Origin: Escherichia coli
GTDB taxonomy: Bacteria; Pseudomonadota; Gammaproteobacteria; Enterobacterales; Enterobacteriaceae
Assembly (NCBI RefSeq): GCF_030013595.1
Contig: NZ_CP122768.1
Reading direction: 5' to 3' (one strand)
Length of the DNA: 64,000 nt
Shown here: piece after piece, positions 1 through 12,235 of the stretch
Layout: each line of letters starts with the position of its first letter
Numbering within the stretch: position 1 is the first letter of the stretch
Made by a program: the position numbers and the translations under genes
Notes under the pieces: generated by a model
Told to the model about the DNA's origin: nothing
The model's database searches: none
Seen by the model: the letters and a program-made list of their open reading frames with translations, nothing else

Positions 1-98
1 CCGCCAACATTGGTTGCCAGACGCATCTGGCGAGCGCCGGTCGTACCTCTGTGCGTCACTGGATTGAAATTGTAGAACAAGCCCTTGAAAAGGAATAA
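1..98 (+). CDS. glcF: Glycolate oxidase iron-sulfur subunit GlcF, C-terminal fragment (5' end outside window)
   Basis: Frame 3 translates to ...ANIGCQTHLASAGRTSVRHWIEIVEQALEKE with stop TAA at 96-98; matches recalled GlcF C-terminus and sits just upstream of glcG. Confidence 0.6.
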   Translation, partial: ANIGCQTHLASAGRTSVRHWIEIVEQALEKE

Positions 99-102
99 TA
101 AA

Positions 103-507
103 ATGAAAACTAAAGTCATTCTTAGCCAGCAAATGGCGAGTGCAATTATTGCCGCAGGTCAGGAAGAGGTGCAGAAAAATAACTGGTCTGTTTCCATTGC
201 TGTTGCCGATGACGGCGGTCATCTGCTGGCGTTAAGTCGCATGGACGATTGCGCGCCGATTGCGGCTTACATCTCCCAGGAGAAAGCGCGTACCGCCGCG
301 CTGGGGCGTCGTGAAACTAAGGGCTATGAAGAGATGGTGAACAACGGACGTACCGCGTTCGTGACTGCGCCGTTATTAACGTCGCTGGAAGGCGGCGTAC
401 CGGTTGTTGTGGATGGGCAAATTATTGGTGCCGTGGGCGTTTCTGGTTTAACCGGAGTACAGGATGCGCAGGTCGCGAAAGCGGCAGCAGCGGTGTTGGC
501 GAAATAA
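103..507 (+). CDS. glcG: GlcG (heme-binding DUF336 family protein of the glycolate operon)
   Basis: ORF 85-507; ATG at 103 gives MKTKVILSQQMASAIIAAGQ..., the recognised GlcG N-terminus; the track start at 85 is a TTG extension. Confidence 0.85.
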   Translation: MKTKVILSQQMASAIIAAGQEEVQKNNWSVSIAVADDGGHLLALSRMDDCAPIAAYISQEKARTAALGRRETKGYEEMVNNGRTAFVTAPLLTSLEGGVPVVVDGQIIGAVGVSGLTGVQDAQVAKAAAAVLAK

Positions 508-528
508 GCGAAAACGAGGAGATAAACA

Positions 529-2700
529 ATGAGTCAAACCATAACCCAGGGCCGTTTACGCATTGACGCCAATTTTAAACGTTTTGTGGATGAAGAAGTT
601 TTACCGGGAACAGGGTTGGACACTGCGGCGTTCTGGCGCAATTTTGATGAGATCGTTCACGATCTGGCACCAGAAAATCGTCAGTTGCTGGCAGAACGCG
701 ATCGCATTCAGGCGGCGCTTGATGAGTGGCATCGCAGCAATCCGGGGCCGGTTAAAGATAAAGAGGCCTATAAATCTTTCCTGCGTGAACTGGGCTACCT
801 GGTGCCACAACCGGAGCGCGTGACGGTGGAAACCACGGGCATTGACAGCGAAATCACCAGCCAGGCGGGGCCACAGCTGGTGGTTCCGGCAATGAACGCC
901 CGCTACGCGCTGAACGCGGCGAACGCTCGCTGGGGCTCACTGTACGATGCGTTATACGGCAGCGACATCATCCCGCAGGAAGGGGCGATGGTCAGCGGCT
1001 ACGATCCGCAGCGCGGTGAGCAGGTTATCGCCTGGGTTCGGCGTTTCCTCGATGAATCTCTACCGCTGGAAAACGGCAGCTATCAGGATGTGCTGGCGTT
1101 TAAGGTGGTCGATAAACAATTACGCATCCAGTTGAAAAATGGTAAAGAAACCACGTTACGTACCCCTGCGCAGTTTGTCGGTTACCGTGGCGATGCCGCT
1201 GCGCCGACCTGCATTTTGCTGAAAAATAACGGCCTGCATATTGAACTGCAAATCGATGCCAACGGGCGGATTGGCAAAGACGATCCGGCGCATATCAACG
1301 ATGTTATCGTCGAAGCGGCCATCAGTACCATTCTCGACTGCGAAGATTCGGTCGCGGCGGTTGATGCGGAAGATAAAATCCTGCTGTACCGCAACCTGCT
1401 GGGCCTGATGCAGGGGACTCTGCAAGAGAAAATGGAGAAAAACGGTCGGCAAATCGTACGTAAACTGAATGACGATCGGCAGTACACCGCCGCCGATGGC
1501 TCTGAAATTTCTCTGCACGGACGCTCGCTGCTGTTTATCCGCAACGTGGGGCATTTGATGACCATTCCTGTGATTTGGGACAGCGAAGGCAATGAAATCC
1601 CGGAAGGCATTCTTGATGGCGTCATGACAGGCGCGATTGCCCTCTATGATTTAAAAGTGCAGAAAAACTCGCGCACTGGCAGCGTCTATATTGTGAAACC
1701 GAAAATGCACGGTCCGCAGGAAGTGGCGTTCGCCAACAAACTGTTTACCCGCGTTGAGACAATGCTCGGTATGGCACCGAATACCCTGAAAATGGGCATT
1801 ATGGATGAAGAACGCCGAACCTCGCTGAACTTGCGTAGCTGTATCGCTCAGGCGCGTAACCGCGTGGCGTTCATCAATACCGGTTTCCTCGACCGTACCG
1901 GCGATGAAATGCATTCGGTGATGGAAGCTGGCCCGATGCTGCGTAAAAACCAGATGAAAACGACGCCGTGGATCAAAGCCTACGAACGTAATAACGTGCT
2001 TTCCGGTCTGTTCTGTGGGCTGCGCGGTAAAGCGCAAATCGGTAAAGGCATGTGGGCAATGCCGGACCTGATGGCAGACATGTACAGCCAGAAGGGCGAC
2101 CAACTGCGTGCCGGGGCAAACACAGCCTGGGTTCCGTCACCAACCGCTGCTACGCTCCATGCGCTGCACTACCACCAAACCAACGTACAGAGCGTGCAGG
2201 CCAACATTGCCCAGAGCGAGTTCAATGCTGAATTTGAACCGTTGCTGGACGATCTGCTGACTATTCCGGTGGCTGAAAACGCTAACTGGTCGGTGGAAGA
2301 GATCCAACAAGAGCTGGATAACAACGTGCAGGGGATTCTGGGGTACGTGGTGCGTTGGGTGGAGCAGGGGATTGGTTGTTCAAAAGTGCCGGATATTCAC
2401 AACGTGGCGCTGATGGAAGACCGCGCAACGCTGCGTATCTCCAGCCAGCATATCGCCAACTGGTTACGTCACGGTATTCTGACCAAAGAACAGGTGCAGG
2501 CGTCGCTGGAGAATATGGCGAAAGTGGTTGATCAGCAAAACGCTGGCGATCCGGCTTATCGTCCGATGGCGGGGAATTTCGCTAACTCGTGTGCTTTTAA
2601 AGCTGCCAGCGATTTAATCTTCCTCGGCGTGAAACAGCCAAACGGCTATACCGAACCGTTATTACACGCCTGGCGTTTACGCGAAAAAGAAAGTCATTAA
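529..2700 (+). CDS. glcB: Malate synthase G
   Basis: 723-aa ORF starting [27 protein letters not shown]; length and sequence match malate synthase G; RBS-like GAGGAG upstream. Confidence 0.95.
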   Translation: MSQTITQGRLRIDANFKRFVDEEVLPGTGLDTAAFWRNFDEIVHDLAPENRQLLAERDRIQAALDEWHRSNPGPVKDKEAYKSFLRELGYLVPQPERVTVETTGIDSEITSQAGPQLVVPAMNARYALNAANARWGSLYDALYGSDIIPQEGAMVSGYDPQRGEQVIAWVRRFLDESLPLENGSYQDVLAFKVVDKQLRIQLKNGKETTLRTPAQFVGYRGDAAAPTCILLKNNGLHIELQIDANGRIGKDDPAHINDVIVEAAISTILDCEDSVAAVDAEDKILLYRNLLGLMQGTLQEKMEKNGRQIVRKLNDDRQYTAADGSEISLHGRSLLFIRNVGHLMTIPVIWDSEGNEIPEGILDGVMTGAIALYDLKVQKNSRTGSVYIVKPKMHGPQEVAFANKLFTRVETMLGMAPNTLKMGIMDEERRTSLNLRSCIAQARNRVAFINTGFLDRTGDEMHSVMEAGPMLRKNQMKTTPWIKAYERNNVLSGLFCGLRGKAQIGKGMWAMPDLMADMYSQKGDQLRAGANTAWVPSPTAATLHALHYHQTNVQSVQANIAQSEFNAEFEPLLDDLLTIPVAENANWSVEEIQQELDNNVQGILGYVVRWVEQGIGCSKVPDIHNVALMEDRATLRISSQHIANWLRHGILTKEQVQASLENMAKVVDQQNAGDPAYRPMAGNFANSCAFKAASDLIFLGVKQPNGYTEPLLHAWRLREKESH

Positions 2701-3054
2701 TAGCGTCAAAAAAGCCCCGGCAAGTTTTATTGTCGGGGCTATGATAGTAACTGCGGTAGTACATTTATCCCGGAAATAACCGGAGCGATTATCAGGGTTT
2801 AACAATATTAAATACCCGTAGCGCATTACTAGCGGGCCTAAAACAACAATATGGACATCTTAACGATATTCTGCGCCTGCGTGTGCGGAACAGAAACACT
2901 TACCCGATATACTTGTTATGCCAGAGGTAGCAATTGCGTTAGCAGCGTACTGTTGCTGTAAAGTATAACGCCTATATTTTACAGTTCAGTCCTCTTTTGC
3001 TTATTACAACCTTAAGTATATCAAGCATATAAAGATAATAAGAGACTGAACAAT

Positions 3055-4737
3055 ATGGTTACCTGGACCCAAATGTATATGCCGATGGGAGGACTGGGGC
3101 TATCCGCTCTGGTCGCCCTGATCCCGATAATATTCTTTTTCGTTGCACTCGCGGTATTACGTCTGAAAGGACATGTCGCTGGAGCAATAACCCTTATATT
3201 ATCTATCCTGATTGCAATATTCGCCTTTAAAATGCCGATTGATATGGCATTTGCTGCTGCGGGCTATGGCTTTATTTATGGATTATGGCCTATTGCGTGG
3301 ATTATTGTTGCGGCGGTGTTCCTGTATAAATTAACCGTTGCCAGCGGTCAGTTCGATATTATCCGCAGCTCGGTTATCTCCATCACTGACGATCAGCGTT
3401 TGCAGGTGTTACTGATTGGTTTCTCCTTTGGCGCGCTGCTGGAAGGGGCGGCTGGCTTTGGTGCGCCGGTGGCGATTACCGGTGCGCTGCTGGTGGGCCT
3501 GGGCTTCAAACCGTTATACGCGGCGGGGCTGTGTCTGATTGCCAATACTGCGCCGGTGGCGTTTGGTGCGTTGGGCGTGCCGATTCTGGTCGCCGGTCAG
3601 GTAACGGGAATCGATCCGTTCCACATTGGCGCAATGGCGGGACGTCAGTTACCGTTCCTGTCGGTTCTTGTGCCGTTCTGGCTGGTAGCAATGATGGACG
3701 GCTGGAAAGGGGTGAAAGAGACGTGGCCAGCGGCGCTGGTTGCTGGGGGAAGCTTCGCTGTCACGCAGTTCTTTACCTCTAACTATATTGGTCCGGAACT
3801 GCCGGATATTACTTCGGCGCTGGTGAGTATCGTCTCACTCGCTTTATTCCTTAAAGTCTGGCGGCCGAAAAATACCGAAACGGCAATCAGCATGGGACAA
3901 TCCGCAGGTGCGATGGTGGTGAATAAACCATCTTCTGGCGGTCCCGTGCCTTCAGAATATAGTCTGGGGCAAATCATTCGTGCGTGGTCACCGTTTTTAA
4001 TCTTAACGGTGCTGGTCACCATCTGGACCATGAAGCCGTTTAAAGCGTTATTTGCTCCGGGCGGCGCGTTTTATTCACTGGTGATTAATTTCCAGATCCC
4101 TCATTTGCATCAACAAGTGTTGAAAGCGGCACCCATTGTCGCCCAACCAACGCCAATGGATGCGGTGTTTAAATTCGACCCTCTCTCGGCTGGCGGCACC
4201 GCTATTTTTATTGCGGCGATTATCTCTATCTTCATCCTCGGCGTGGGCATCAAGAAAGGGATTGGCGTCTTTGCCGAAACGCTAATTAGCCTGAAGTGGC
4301 CGATACTGTCGATTGGCATGGTGCTGGCGTTCGCCTTCGTCACCAACTATTCCGGCATGTCCACCACGCTGGCGCTGGTACTGGCTGGTACAGGCGTGAT
4401 GTTCCCGTTCTTCTCACCGTTCCTCGGCTGGCTGGGCGTATTCCTTACCGGCTCGGACACCTCCTCTAACGCCCTGTTTGGTTCACTGCAATCGACCACG
4501 GCGCAGCAAATCAACGTCTCTGACACTCTGCTGGTGGCAGCAAATACCAGCGGCGGCGTAACTGGCAAGATGATCTCCCCGCAATCTATCGCCGTGGCCT
4601 GCGCCGCGACGGGCATGGTGGGCCGGGAATCTGAACTGTTCCGCTACACCGTGAAGCACAGTCTGATTTTTGCCAGCGTTATCGGCATTATCACCCTGCT
4701 GCAGGCGTATGTGTTTACCGGGATGTTAGTCTCGTAA
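3055..4737 (+). CDS. glcA: Glycolate/lactate permease (LctP family)
   Basis: 560-aa polytopic membrane protein [29 protein letters not shown]...; position after glcB as in the glc operon. Confidence 0.9.
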   Translation: MVTWTQMYMPMGGLGLSALVALIPIIFFFVALAVLRLKGHVAGAITLILSILIAIFAFKMPIDMAFAAAGYGFIYGLWPIAWIIVAAVFLYKLTVASGQFDIIRSSVISITDDQRLQVLLIGFSFGALLEGAAGFGAPVAITGALLVGLGFKPLYAAGLCLIANTAPVAFGALGVPILVAGQVTGIDPFHIGAMAGRQLPFLSVLVPFWLVAMMDGWKGVKETWPAALVAGGSFAVTQFFTSNYIGPELPDITSALVSIVSLALFLKVWRPKNTETAISMGQSAGAMVVNKPSSGGPVPSEYSLGQIIRAWSPFLILTVLVTIWTMKPFKALFAPGGAFYSLVINFQIPHLHQQVLKAAPIVAQPTPMDAVFKFDPLSAGGTAIFIAAIISIFILGVGIKKGIGVFAETLISLKWPILSIGMVLAFAFVTNYSGMSTTLALVLAGTGVMFPFFSPFLGWLGVFLTGSDTSSNALFGSLQSTTAQQINVSDTLLVAANTSGGVTGKMISPQSIAVACAATGMVGRESELFRYTVKHSLIFASVIGIITLLQAYVFTGMLVS

Positions 4738-4746
4738 ATCAATAAT

Positions 4747-4780
4747 GCCGGATGATCGTAATATCATCCGGCTTCTTTCT
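4747..4780 (+). terminator. Rho-independent terminator after glcA
   Basis: Inverted repeat gccggatgat / atcatccggc (4747-4772) followed by ttctttct. Confidence 0.6.
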
Positions 4781-5231
4781 ATTCTCGTTTCATTATTCTG
4801 GCTAAATAATTGCAAAATTATTTCGCTGTTTATTATCCATGCATAAATAATATTTCATGTTCAGATAACTCGCTAAATAATTAAGGGAGTGAGAATATCT
4901 ATTTTTTGTCACGCAAAACAAGTCTGTATTAATTGTGTTCGCTTGATGAGCAAACACCGTTCTATCTGTTGCTTTTGCAATCTTAATCGTTAAAACTACC
5001 AACGAATTTATATAGTTACGTTGTGAAAAATTGTTGATTTTTTGTTTAATGAAATTTCGTAAAAATCACCAGCCAGACATCGAATAGGGGTTATTCTTAT
5101 AAATTTCACCTGCTTTGCTATCAATGATGCCGTTTTATTAAGAATGGAGGAAGTTATTAGAGAAGATAAAGCATAAAACTATTTCTCCCAGTTACGAATT
5201 TTTTAACATTGTTTTGTCACTTGCGTTATTA

Positions 5232-8200
5232 ATGAATAAGAAATTTAAATATAAGAAATCGCTTTTAGCGGCTATTTTGAGCGCAACCCTGTTAGCCGGT
5301 TGTGATGGCGGTGGTTCCGGATCTTCCTCCGATACGCCGCCTGTAGATTCTGGAACAGGGTCTTTGCCGGAAGTGAAACCTGATCCAACACCAAACCCGG
5401 AGCCGACGCCTGAGCCAACGCCGGACCCAGAACCTACGCCGGAACCGACACCTGATCCTGAGCCAACACCAGAACCGGAGCCAGAACCTGTTCCTACGAA
5501 AACGGGTTATCTGACCCTGGGCGGAAGCCAGCGGGTAACTGGTGCTACCTGTAATGGTGAATCCAGCGATGGCTTTACATTTACACCTGGTGAGGACGTT
5601 ACTTGCGTGGCGGGTAACACGACAATTGCCACCTTCAACACTCAGTCAGAAGCTGCGCGTAGCCTGCGTGCGGTTGAAAAAGTGTCGTTTAGTCTTGAGG
5701 ACGCGCAAGAACTGGCGGCTTCCGACAATAAGAAAAGCAATGCGGTTTCGCTGGTAACGTCCAGTAACAGCTGTCCGGCGGATACAGAACAGGTTTGCCT
5801 GACGTTCTCCTCTGTGATCGAGAGTAAACGTTTCGACTCGCTGTATAAGCAAATCGATCTGGCACCGGAAGAGTTCAAAAAGCTGGTCAATGAAGAGGTG
5901 GAAAACAATGCCGCGACCGATAAAGCGCCATCCACTCATACTTCACCGGTCGTGCCTGTCACCACGCCGGGAACAAAACCGGATCTGAACGCCTCCTTCG
6001 TGTCGGCTAACGCGGAACAGTTTTATCAGTATCAACCTACGGAAATCATTCTCTCCGAAGGCCGACTGGTAGATAGCCAGGGATATGGTGTTGCTGGCGT
6101 CAACTACTACACCAATTCAGGCCGTGGCGTGACAGGGGAAAATGGTGAATTTTCCTTTAGCTGGGGCGAAACCATCTCCTTTGGTATCGATACCTTTGAA
6201 CTGGGTTCAGTGCGCGGCAATAAGTCGACCATTGCGCTGACTGAACTGGGTGATGAAGTTCGCGGGGCGAATATTGATCAGCTTATTCATCGCTATTCGA
6301 CGACCGGGCAAAATAATACCCGTGTTGTTCCGGACGATGTACGCAAGGTCTTTGCCGAATATCCCAACGTGATCAACGAGATTATCAATCTCTCGTTATC
6401 CAACGGTGCGACGCTGGATGAAGGTGAGCAAGTTGTTAATCTGCCAAACGAATTTATTGAGCAGTTTAAGACGGGTCAAGCCAAAGAGATCGATACCGCG
6501 ATTTGTGCGAAAACCGACGGTTGTAACGAGGCTCGCTGGTTCTCGCTGACGACGCGCAATGTTAATGACGGCCAGATTCAGGGCGTTATTAACAAGCTGT
6601 GGGGTGTGGATACAAGTTACAAATCTGTCAGCAAGTTCCATGTATTCCATGACTCTACCAACTTCTATGGCAGCACCGGTAATGCGCGCGGTCAGGCGGT
6701 GGTGAATATCTCCAACGCGGCATTCCCGATTCTGATGGCGCGTAATGATAAAAACTACTGGCTGGCCTTCGGCGAAAAACGCGCCTGGGATAAAAATGAG
6801 CTGGCGTACATTACGGAAGCGCCTTCCATTGTGCGCCCGGAAAACGTGACTCGCGAAACTGCCACCTTCAACCTGCCGTTTATCTCGCTGGGGCAAGTCG
6901 GCAAAGGTAAGCTGATGGTTATCGGTAACCCGCACTACAACAGCATTCTGCGCTGTCCGAACGGTTACAGCTGGGAAGGCGGTGTTGATAAAAGCGGTCA
7001 GTGTATGCGTAACAGTGATTCAAATGACATGAAGCACTTTATGCAGAACGTGTTGCGCTATTTGTCCGACGATAAATGGACGCCGGACGCGAAAGCCAGC
7101 ATGACCGTAGGCACCAACCTGGATACCGTCTATTTCAAACGTCATGGTCAGGTTACAGGAAACAGTGCTGCGTTCGGCTTCCATCCGGATTTTGCGGGTA
7201 TCTCCGTTGAGCATTTAAGTAGCTATGGCGATCTCGATCCACAGGACATGCCGCTGCTGATCCTTAACGGCTTTGAGTATGTGACTCAGGTGGGGGGCGA
7301 TCCCTATGCAGTGCCTCTGCGTGCAGATACCAGCAAACCGAAGCTGAGCCAGCAGGATGTGACCGATCTGATCGCCTATCTGAACAAAGGCGGTTCGGTG
7401 CTGATCATGGAAAACGTGATGAGCAATCTTAAGGAAGAGAGCGCGTCTGGTTTTGTGCGTCTGTTGGATGCTGCAGGTCTGTCAATGGCACTGAACAAGT
7501 CGGTGGTGAATAACGATCCGCAGGGTTATCCGAACCGCGTGCGCCAGCGCCGAGCGGATGGCATTTGGGTTTATGAACGTTATCCGGTTGTGGAAGGTGC
7601 GCTGCCGTACACCATTAATTCTGAGACAGGCGAAGTTACCTGGAAATATCAGATTGATAACAAACCTGATAAGAAACCGAAGCTGGAAGTTGCCAGTTGG
7701 CAAGAAGAAGTTGATGGTGAACAAGTAACTCAATACGCGTTTATTGATGAAGCCGACTACAAAACGCCTGAGTTGCTGGCTGCGGCGAAGAAGAGAATTC
7801 TGGACGCGTTCCCTGGGCTGGAAGAGTGTAAGGATTCTGACTACCACTACGAGGTCAACTGTCTGGAATACCGTCCTGGCACGGGGGTTCCGGTTACTGG
7901 TGGCATGTATGTTCCACAGTATACGCAACTAAGCCTTAACGCCGACACGGCAAAAGCGATGGTGCAGGCTGCGGATTTAGGCACCAATATTCAGCGTCTT
8001 TATCAGCATGAGCTCTACTTCCGGACCAATGGTCGCAAAGGTGAGCGTCTGAGCAGCGTCGATCTGGAACGTCTGTACCAGAACATGTCGGTCTGGCTGT
8101 GGAATGAAATTGAATATAGCTATGACAGCAGCAAGGATGACGAGCTGGGCTTTAAAACGTTCACCGAGTTCCTGAACTGCTACGCCAACGATGCTTACAC

Positions 8201-9788
8201 CAAAGGTACGCTGTGCTCCGCAGAGCTGAAACAATCGCTGATCGATAACAAGATGATCTACGGTGAAGGCAGCAAAGCGGGCATGATGAACCCGAGCTAT
8301 CCGCTCAACTATATGGAAAAACCGCTGACGCGCCTGATGCTGGGTCGTTCCTGGTGGGATCTGAACATCAAAGTTGATGTCGAGAAGTATCCGGGAGCAG
8401 TATCGGAAGAGGGGCAGGAGGTTACTGAAAGCATCAGCCTGTACTCGAATCCGACCAAATGGTTTGCGGGTAACATGCAGTCTACTGGTCTGTGGGCTCC
8501 GGCTCAAAAAGAGGTCACCATTGAGTCTACTGCATCAGTTCCTGTGACTGTCACCGTGGCGCTGGCCGACGATCTGACCGGACGCGAGAAGCATGAAGTC
8601 GCGCTGAACCGTCCGCCAAAAGTGACGAAAACCTATGAGCTGAAAGCCAATGGTAAGGTGAAGTTTACGGTTCCTTACGGTGGCCTGATTTATATCAAAG
8701 GCAATAGCTCTACCAATGAATCTGCCAGCTTCACCTTTACTGGCGTGGTAAAAGCACCGTTCTATAAAGACGGCGCATGGAAAAACGATCTGAACTCTCC
8801 TGCCCCGCTGGGCGAACTGGAGTCTGCGTCGTTCGTCTATACCACACCGAAGAAGAACCTGAATGCCAGCAATTACACGGGCGGACTGGAGCAATTCGCT
8901 AAAGATCTGGATACCTTTGCCAGCTCGATGAATGATTTCTACGGTCGTAATGATGAAAACGGTAAGCACCGGATGTTTACCTATAAAAACTTGACGGGCC
9001 ACAAGCATCGTTTCACTAACGATGTGCAGATCTCCATCGGTGATGCGCACTCGGGTTATCCGGTAATGAACAGCAGCTTCTCGACGAACAGCACCACGCT
9101 GCCGACGACGCCGCTGAACGACTGGCTGATTTGGCACGAAGTCGGTCATAACGCTGCAGAAACACCGCTGAACGTACCGGGTGCAACTGAAGTGGCGAAC
9201 AACGTGCTGGCGCTGTACATGCAGGATCGCTATCTCGGTAAGATGAACCGTGTCGCTGACGATATTACCGTCGCACCGGAATATCTGGAGGAGAGCAACA
9301 ACCAGGCATGGGCGCGCGGCGGTGCGGGTGACCGTCTGCTGATGTACGCGCAGCTGAAGGAATGGGCAGAGAAAAACTTTGATATCAAACAGTGGTATCC
9401 AGAAGGCTCTCTGCCAGAGTTCTACAGCGAGCGTGAAGGGATGAAAGGCTGGAACCTGTTCCAGTTGATGCACCGTAAAGCGCGCGGCGATGAGGTTGGC
9501 AATAACAAGTTCGGCAGTAAGAACTACTGTGCTGAATCTAACGGTAACGCTGCCGACACGCTGATGCTGTGTGCCTCCTGGGTCGCCCAGACTGATCTTT
9601 CGGAGTTCTTTAAGAAATGGAATCCGGGCGCGAATGCTTACCAGTTGCCGGGAGCGACGGAGATGAGCTTCGAAGGCGGTGTGAGCCAGTCGGCTTACAA
9701 CACGCTCGCGTCACTCGATCTGCCGAAACCGAAGCAAGGGCCGGAAACCATTAATAAGGTTACCGAATATTCGATGCCTGCTGAATAA
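5232..9788 (+). CDS. sslE: SslE/YghJ: large secreted lipoprotein with M60-like zinc metalloprotease domain (T2SS substrate)
   Basis: ORF 5214-9788; ATG at 5232 gives MNKKFKYKKSLLAAILSATLLAGC (lipobox LAGC). HEVGH zinc-binding motif encoded at 9135-9149. Sits upstream of pppA-gsp genes. Confidence 0.9.
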   Translation: MNKKFKYKKSLLAAILSATLLAGCDGGGSGSSSDTPPVDSGTGSLPEVKPDPTPNPEPTPEPTPDPEPTPEPTPDPEPTPEPEPEPVPTKTGYLTLGGSQRVTGATCNGESSDGFTFTPGEDVTCVAGNTTIATFNTQSEAARSLRAVEKVSFSLEDAQELAASDNKKSNAVSLVTSSNSCPADTEQVCLTFSSVIESKRFDSLYKQIDLAPEEFKKLVNEEVENNAATDKAPSTHTSPVVPVTTPGTKPDLNASFVSANAEQFYQYQPTEIILSEGRLVDSQGYGVAGVNYYTNSGRGVTGENGEFSFSWGETISFGIDTFELGSVRGNKSTIALTELGDEVRGANIDQLIHRYSTTGQNNTRVVPDDVRKVFAEYPNVINEIINLSLSNGATLDEGEQVVNLPNEFIEQFKTGQAKEIDTAICAKTDGCNEARWFSLTTRNVNDGQIQGVINKLWGVDTSYKSVSKFHVFHDSTNFYGSTGNARGQAVVNISNAAFPILMARNDKNYWLAFGEKRAWDKNELAYITEAPSIVRPENVTRETATFNLPFISLGQVGKGKLMVIGNPHYNSILRCPNGYSWEGGVDKSGQCMRNSDSNDMKHFMQNVLRYLSDDKWTPDAKASMTVGTNLDTVYFKRHGQVTGNSAAFGFHPDFAGISVEHLSSYGDLDPQDMPLLILNGFEYVTQVGGDPYAVPLRADTSKPKLSQQDVTDLIAYLNKGGSVLIMENVMSNLKEESASGFVRLLDAAGLSMALNKSVVNNDPQGYPNRVRQRRADGIWVYERYPVVEGALPYTINSETGEVTWKYQIDNKPDKKPKLEVASWQEEVDGEQVTQYAFIDEADYKTPELLAAAKKRILDAFPGLEECKDSDYHYEVNCLEYRPGTGVPVTGGMYVPQYTQLSLNADTAKAMVQAADLGTNIQRLYQHELYFRTNGRKGERLSSVDLERLYQNMSVWLWNEIEYSYDSSKDDELGFKTFTEFLNCYANDAYTKGTLCSAELKQSLIDNKMIYGEGSKAGMMNPSYPLNYMEKPLTRLMLGRSWWDLNIKVDVEKYPGAVSEEGQEVTESISLYSNPTKWFAGNMQSTGLWAPAQKEVTIESTASVPVTVTVALADDLTGREKHEVALNRPPKVTKTYELKANGKVKFTVPYGGLIYIKGNSSTNESASFTFTGVVKAPFYKDGAWKNDLNSPAPLGELESASFVYTTPKKNLNASNYTGGLEQFAKDLDTFASSMNDFYGRNDENGKHRMFTYKNLTGHKHRFTNDVQISIGDAHSGYPVMNSSFSTNSTTLPTTPLNDWLIWHEVGHNAAETPLNVPGATEVANNVLALYMQDRYLGKMNRVADDITVAPEYLEESNNQAWARGGAGDRLLMYAQLKEWAEKNFDIKQWYPEGSLPEFYSEREGMKGWNLFQLMHRKARGDEVGNNKFGSKNYCAESNGNAADTLMLCASWVAQTDLSEFFKKWNPGANAYQLPGATEMSFEGGVSQSAYNTLASLDLPKPKQGPETINKVTEYSMPAE
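5376..5498 (+). repeat. In-frame Pro/Glu/Thr-rich tandem coding repeat (linker) in sslE
   Basis: Encodes PDPTPNPEPTPEPTPDPEPTPEPTPDPEPTPEPEPEPVPT; nucleotide repeats of ccNgaNccNacN units. Confidence 0.6.
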
Positions 9789-9789
9789 C

Positions 9790-9921
9790 CCGGATAAGGC
9801 GCTCGCGCCGCATCCGGCATGAAATAAGGCGCATCGGGTCAACACATATGCCCGATGCGCCAGCTTATCGGGCCTGGAGGAAAGCCGTATGGCATACACC
9901 CGCAGGCCCGCATCCGGCAAG
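9790..9921. repeat. REP/BIME-like extragenic palindromic repeats
   Basis: Several gccggatgcggcg / cgcatccggc type palindromic units between sslE and pppA. Confidence 0.6.
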
Positions 9922-9943
9922 TTACAACAAATAACCTTTAACC

Positions 9944-10753
9944 ATGTTTTTTGATGTTTTTCAGCAATACCCCGCGGCGATGCCCATACTGGCAACCGTC
10001 GGAGGATTGATTATCGGCAGTTTTTTGAATGTGGTGATTTGGCGTTACCCCATCATGCTGCGCCAACAAATGGCGGAGTTTCACGGTGAAATGCCGAGTA
10101 CGCAGTCAAAAATAAGCCTGGCGCTGCCACGCTCGCACTGTCCGCATTGCCAGCAGACTATCCGCGTTCGTGACAATATTCCGCTGCTCTCCTGGTTGAT
10201 GCTCAAAGGGCGCTGCCGCGACTGTCAGGCGAAAATCAGCAAGCGTTATCCGCTGGTGGAGTTATTGACGGCACTCGCTTTTTTGCTGGCGAGCCTGGTG
10301 TGGCCGGAAAGTGGATGGGCGCTGGCGGTGATGATATTATCCGCCTGGCTGATTGCCGCGAGCGTCATTGACCTCGATAACCAATGGCTGCCCGATGTTT
10401 TTACTCAGGGCGTATTGTGGACGGGACTAATTGCGGCATGGGCGCAGCAGAGTCCGCTCACGCTACAAGACGCAGTCACCGGCGTACTGGTGGGATTTAT
10501 CACTTTTTACTCCCTGCGCTGGATAGCCGGAATAGTTCTGCGTAAAGAAGCATTAGGCATGGGCGATGTATTACTCTTCGCCGCTTTAGGTGGCTGGGTG
10601 GGGGCGTTATCACTGCCCAACGTTGCTTTAATCGCCTCATGCTGCGGCCTGATATATGCCGTTATTACAAAAAGAGGATCAACCACACTGCCTTTTGGAC
10701 CGTGTTTAAGTCTGGGCGGTATAGCAACACTTTATCTACAGGCATTGTTTTAA
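9944..10753 (+). CDS. pppA: Prepilin peptidase (GspO/PppA)
   Basis: 269-aa polytopic protein with paired CxxC motifs (CPHCQQ...CRDCQ) typical of type IV prepilin peptidases; ATG at 9944. Confidence 0.85.
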   Translation: MFFDVFQQYPAAMPILATVGGLIIGSFLNVVIWRYPIMLRQQMAEFHGEMPSTQSKISLALPRSHCPHCQQTIRVRDNIPLLSWLMLKGRCRDCQAKISKRYPLVELLTALAFLLASLVWPESGWALAVMILSAWLIAASVIDLDNQWLPDVFTQGVLWTGLIAAWAQQSPLTLQDAVTGVLVGFITFYSLRWIAGIVLRKEALGMGDVLLFAALGGWVGALSLPNVALIASCCGLIYAVITKRGSTTLPFGPCLSLGGIATLYLQALF

Positions 10754-10818
10754 TGATAACAACGTCATTATCAAAGTGACATTTTAACTCTTATTAATAA
10801 CCTTAGAGATTATTTACC

Positions 10819-11229
10819 ATGTCGATAAAACAAATGCCAGGGAGGGTATTAATATCGCTATTGTTGAGCGTTACAGGATTATTAAGTGGCTGTGCCAGCC
10901 ATAATGAAAATGCCAGTTTACTGGCGAAAAAACAGGCGCAAAATATCAGCCAAAACCTGCCGATTAAATCTGCGGGATATACCTTAGTGCTGGCGCAAAG
11001 TAGCGGCACGACGGTAAAAATGACCATTATCAGCGAAGCGGGTGCTCAGACCACACAGACGCCTGATGCCTTTTTAACCAGCTATCAACGACAAATGTGC
11101 GCTGACCCGACGGTGAAATTAATGATTACCGAGGGAATTAATTACAGCATAACGATTAATGATACACGTACAGGTAACCAGTATCAGCGGAAACTGGATC
11201 GTACCACCTGTGGAATAGTCAAAGCATAA
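10819..11229 (+). CDS. yghG: T2SS pilotin lipoprotein (YghG/GspS-beta/AspS)
   Basis: 136-aa protein with lipoprotein signal MSIKQMPGRVLISLLLSVTGLLSGC; located between pppA and gspC. Confidence 0.8.
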   Translation: MSIKQMPGRVLISLLLSVTGLLSGCASHNENASLLAKKQAQNISQNLPIKSAGYTLVLAQSSGTTVKMTIISEAGAQTTQTPDAFLTSYQRQMCADPTVKLMITEGINYSITINDTRTGNQYQRKLDRTTCGIVKA

Positions 11230-11246
11230 CGTCGGGTAGATATAAA

Positions 11247-12206
11247 TTGGCGCGGGTTGTTTTTCGTGACGCACGAATTTATCTCATTCAATGGCTGACA
11301 AAAATTCGTCACACTCTTAACCAGAGACAATCTCTTAATACAGACAAAGAGCATCTGCGAAAAATTGCACGCGGGATGTTCTGGCTCATGCTGCTTATTA
11401 TTTCTGCAAAAGTGGCGCATTCACTCTGGCGCTATTTCTCCTTTTCTGCGGAATATACGGCGGTTTCCCCATCGGCGAATAAACCGCCCCGTGCAGATGC
11501 AAAACCGTTCGATAAAAATGACGTGCAATTAGTCAGCCAACAAAACTGGTTTGGCAAATATCAACCCGTCGCCGCACCGGTAAAACAACCTGAATCTGCG
11601 CCTGTGGCAGAAACGCGTCTTCATGTGGTGCTGCGCGGGATCGCCTTTGGTGCCAGACCCGGCGCGGTTATTGAAGCAGGCGGTAAACAGCAGGTCTATT
11701 TGCAGGGTGAAACGCTTGGCTCGCACAACGCAGTGATTGAGGAAATCAATCGCGACCATGTGATGCTGCGCTATCAGGGAAAAATAGAGCGCCTGAGCCT
11801 GACAGAAGAGGAGCGTTCCACCGTAGCCGTGACCAACAAAAAAGTCATCAGTGACGAAGCAAAGCAAGCTGTTGCTGAGCCTGCTGCCAGTGCGCCAGTT
11901 GAGATCCCGACTGCTGTGCGTCAGGCACTGGCGAAAGATCCGCAGAAAATTTTTAACTATATCCAGCTTACGCCTGTGCGTAAGGAGGGGATTGTCGGTT
12001 ATGCAGTGAAGCCGGGGGCAGATCGTTCTCTGTTCGATGTCAGCGGTTTCAGGGAAGGCGATATCGCCATTGCGCTAAATCAGCAGGATTTCACTGATCC
12101 ACGAGCAATGATTGCTCTGATGCGGCAGTTACCTTCAATGGATTCCATTCAACTTACGGTTTTACGCAAGGGTGCGCGCCACGACATTTCCATCGCGCTG
12201 CGCTAA
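11247..12206 (+). CDS. gspC: T2SS protein GspC (start uncertain)
   Basis: ORF with single TM segment (MFWLMLLIISAKV) and C-terminal region, directly upstream of the gspD secretin. Track start is TTG; the true start may be the internal ATG near 11376. Confidence 0.7.
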   Translation: MARVVFRDARIYLIQWLTKIRHTLNQRQSLNTDKEHLRKIARGMFWLMLLIISAKVAHSLWRYFSFSAEYTAVSPSANKPPRADAKPFDKNDVQLVSQQNWFGKYQPVAAPVKQPESAPVAETRLHVVLRGIAFGARPGAVIEAGGKQQVYLQGETLGSHNAVIEEINRDHVMLRYQGKIERLSLTEEERSTVAVTNKKVISDEAKQAVAEPAASAPVEIPTAVRQALAKDPQKIFNYIQLTPVRKEGIVGYAVKPGADRSLFDVSGFREGDIAIALNQQDFTDPRAMIALMRQLPSMDSIQLTVLRKGARHDISIALR

Positions 12207-12235
12207 CCGCATTTAATCCAGGAGAATCATTCATC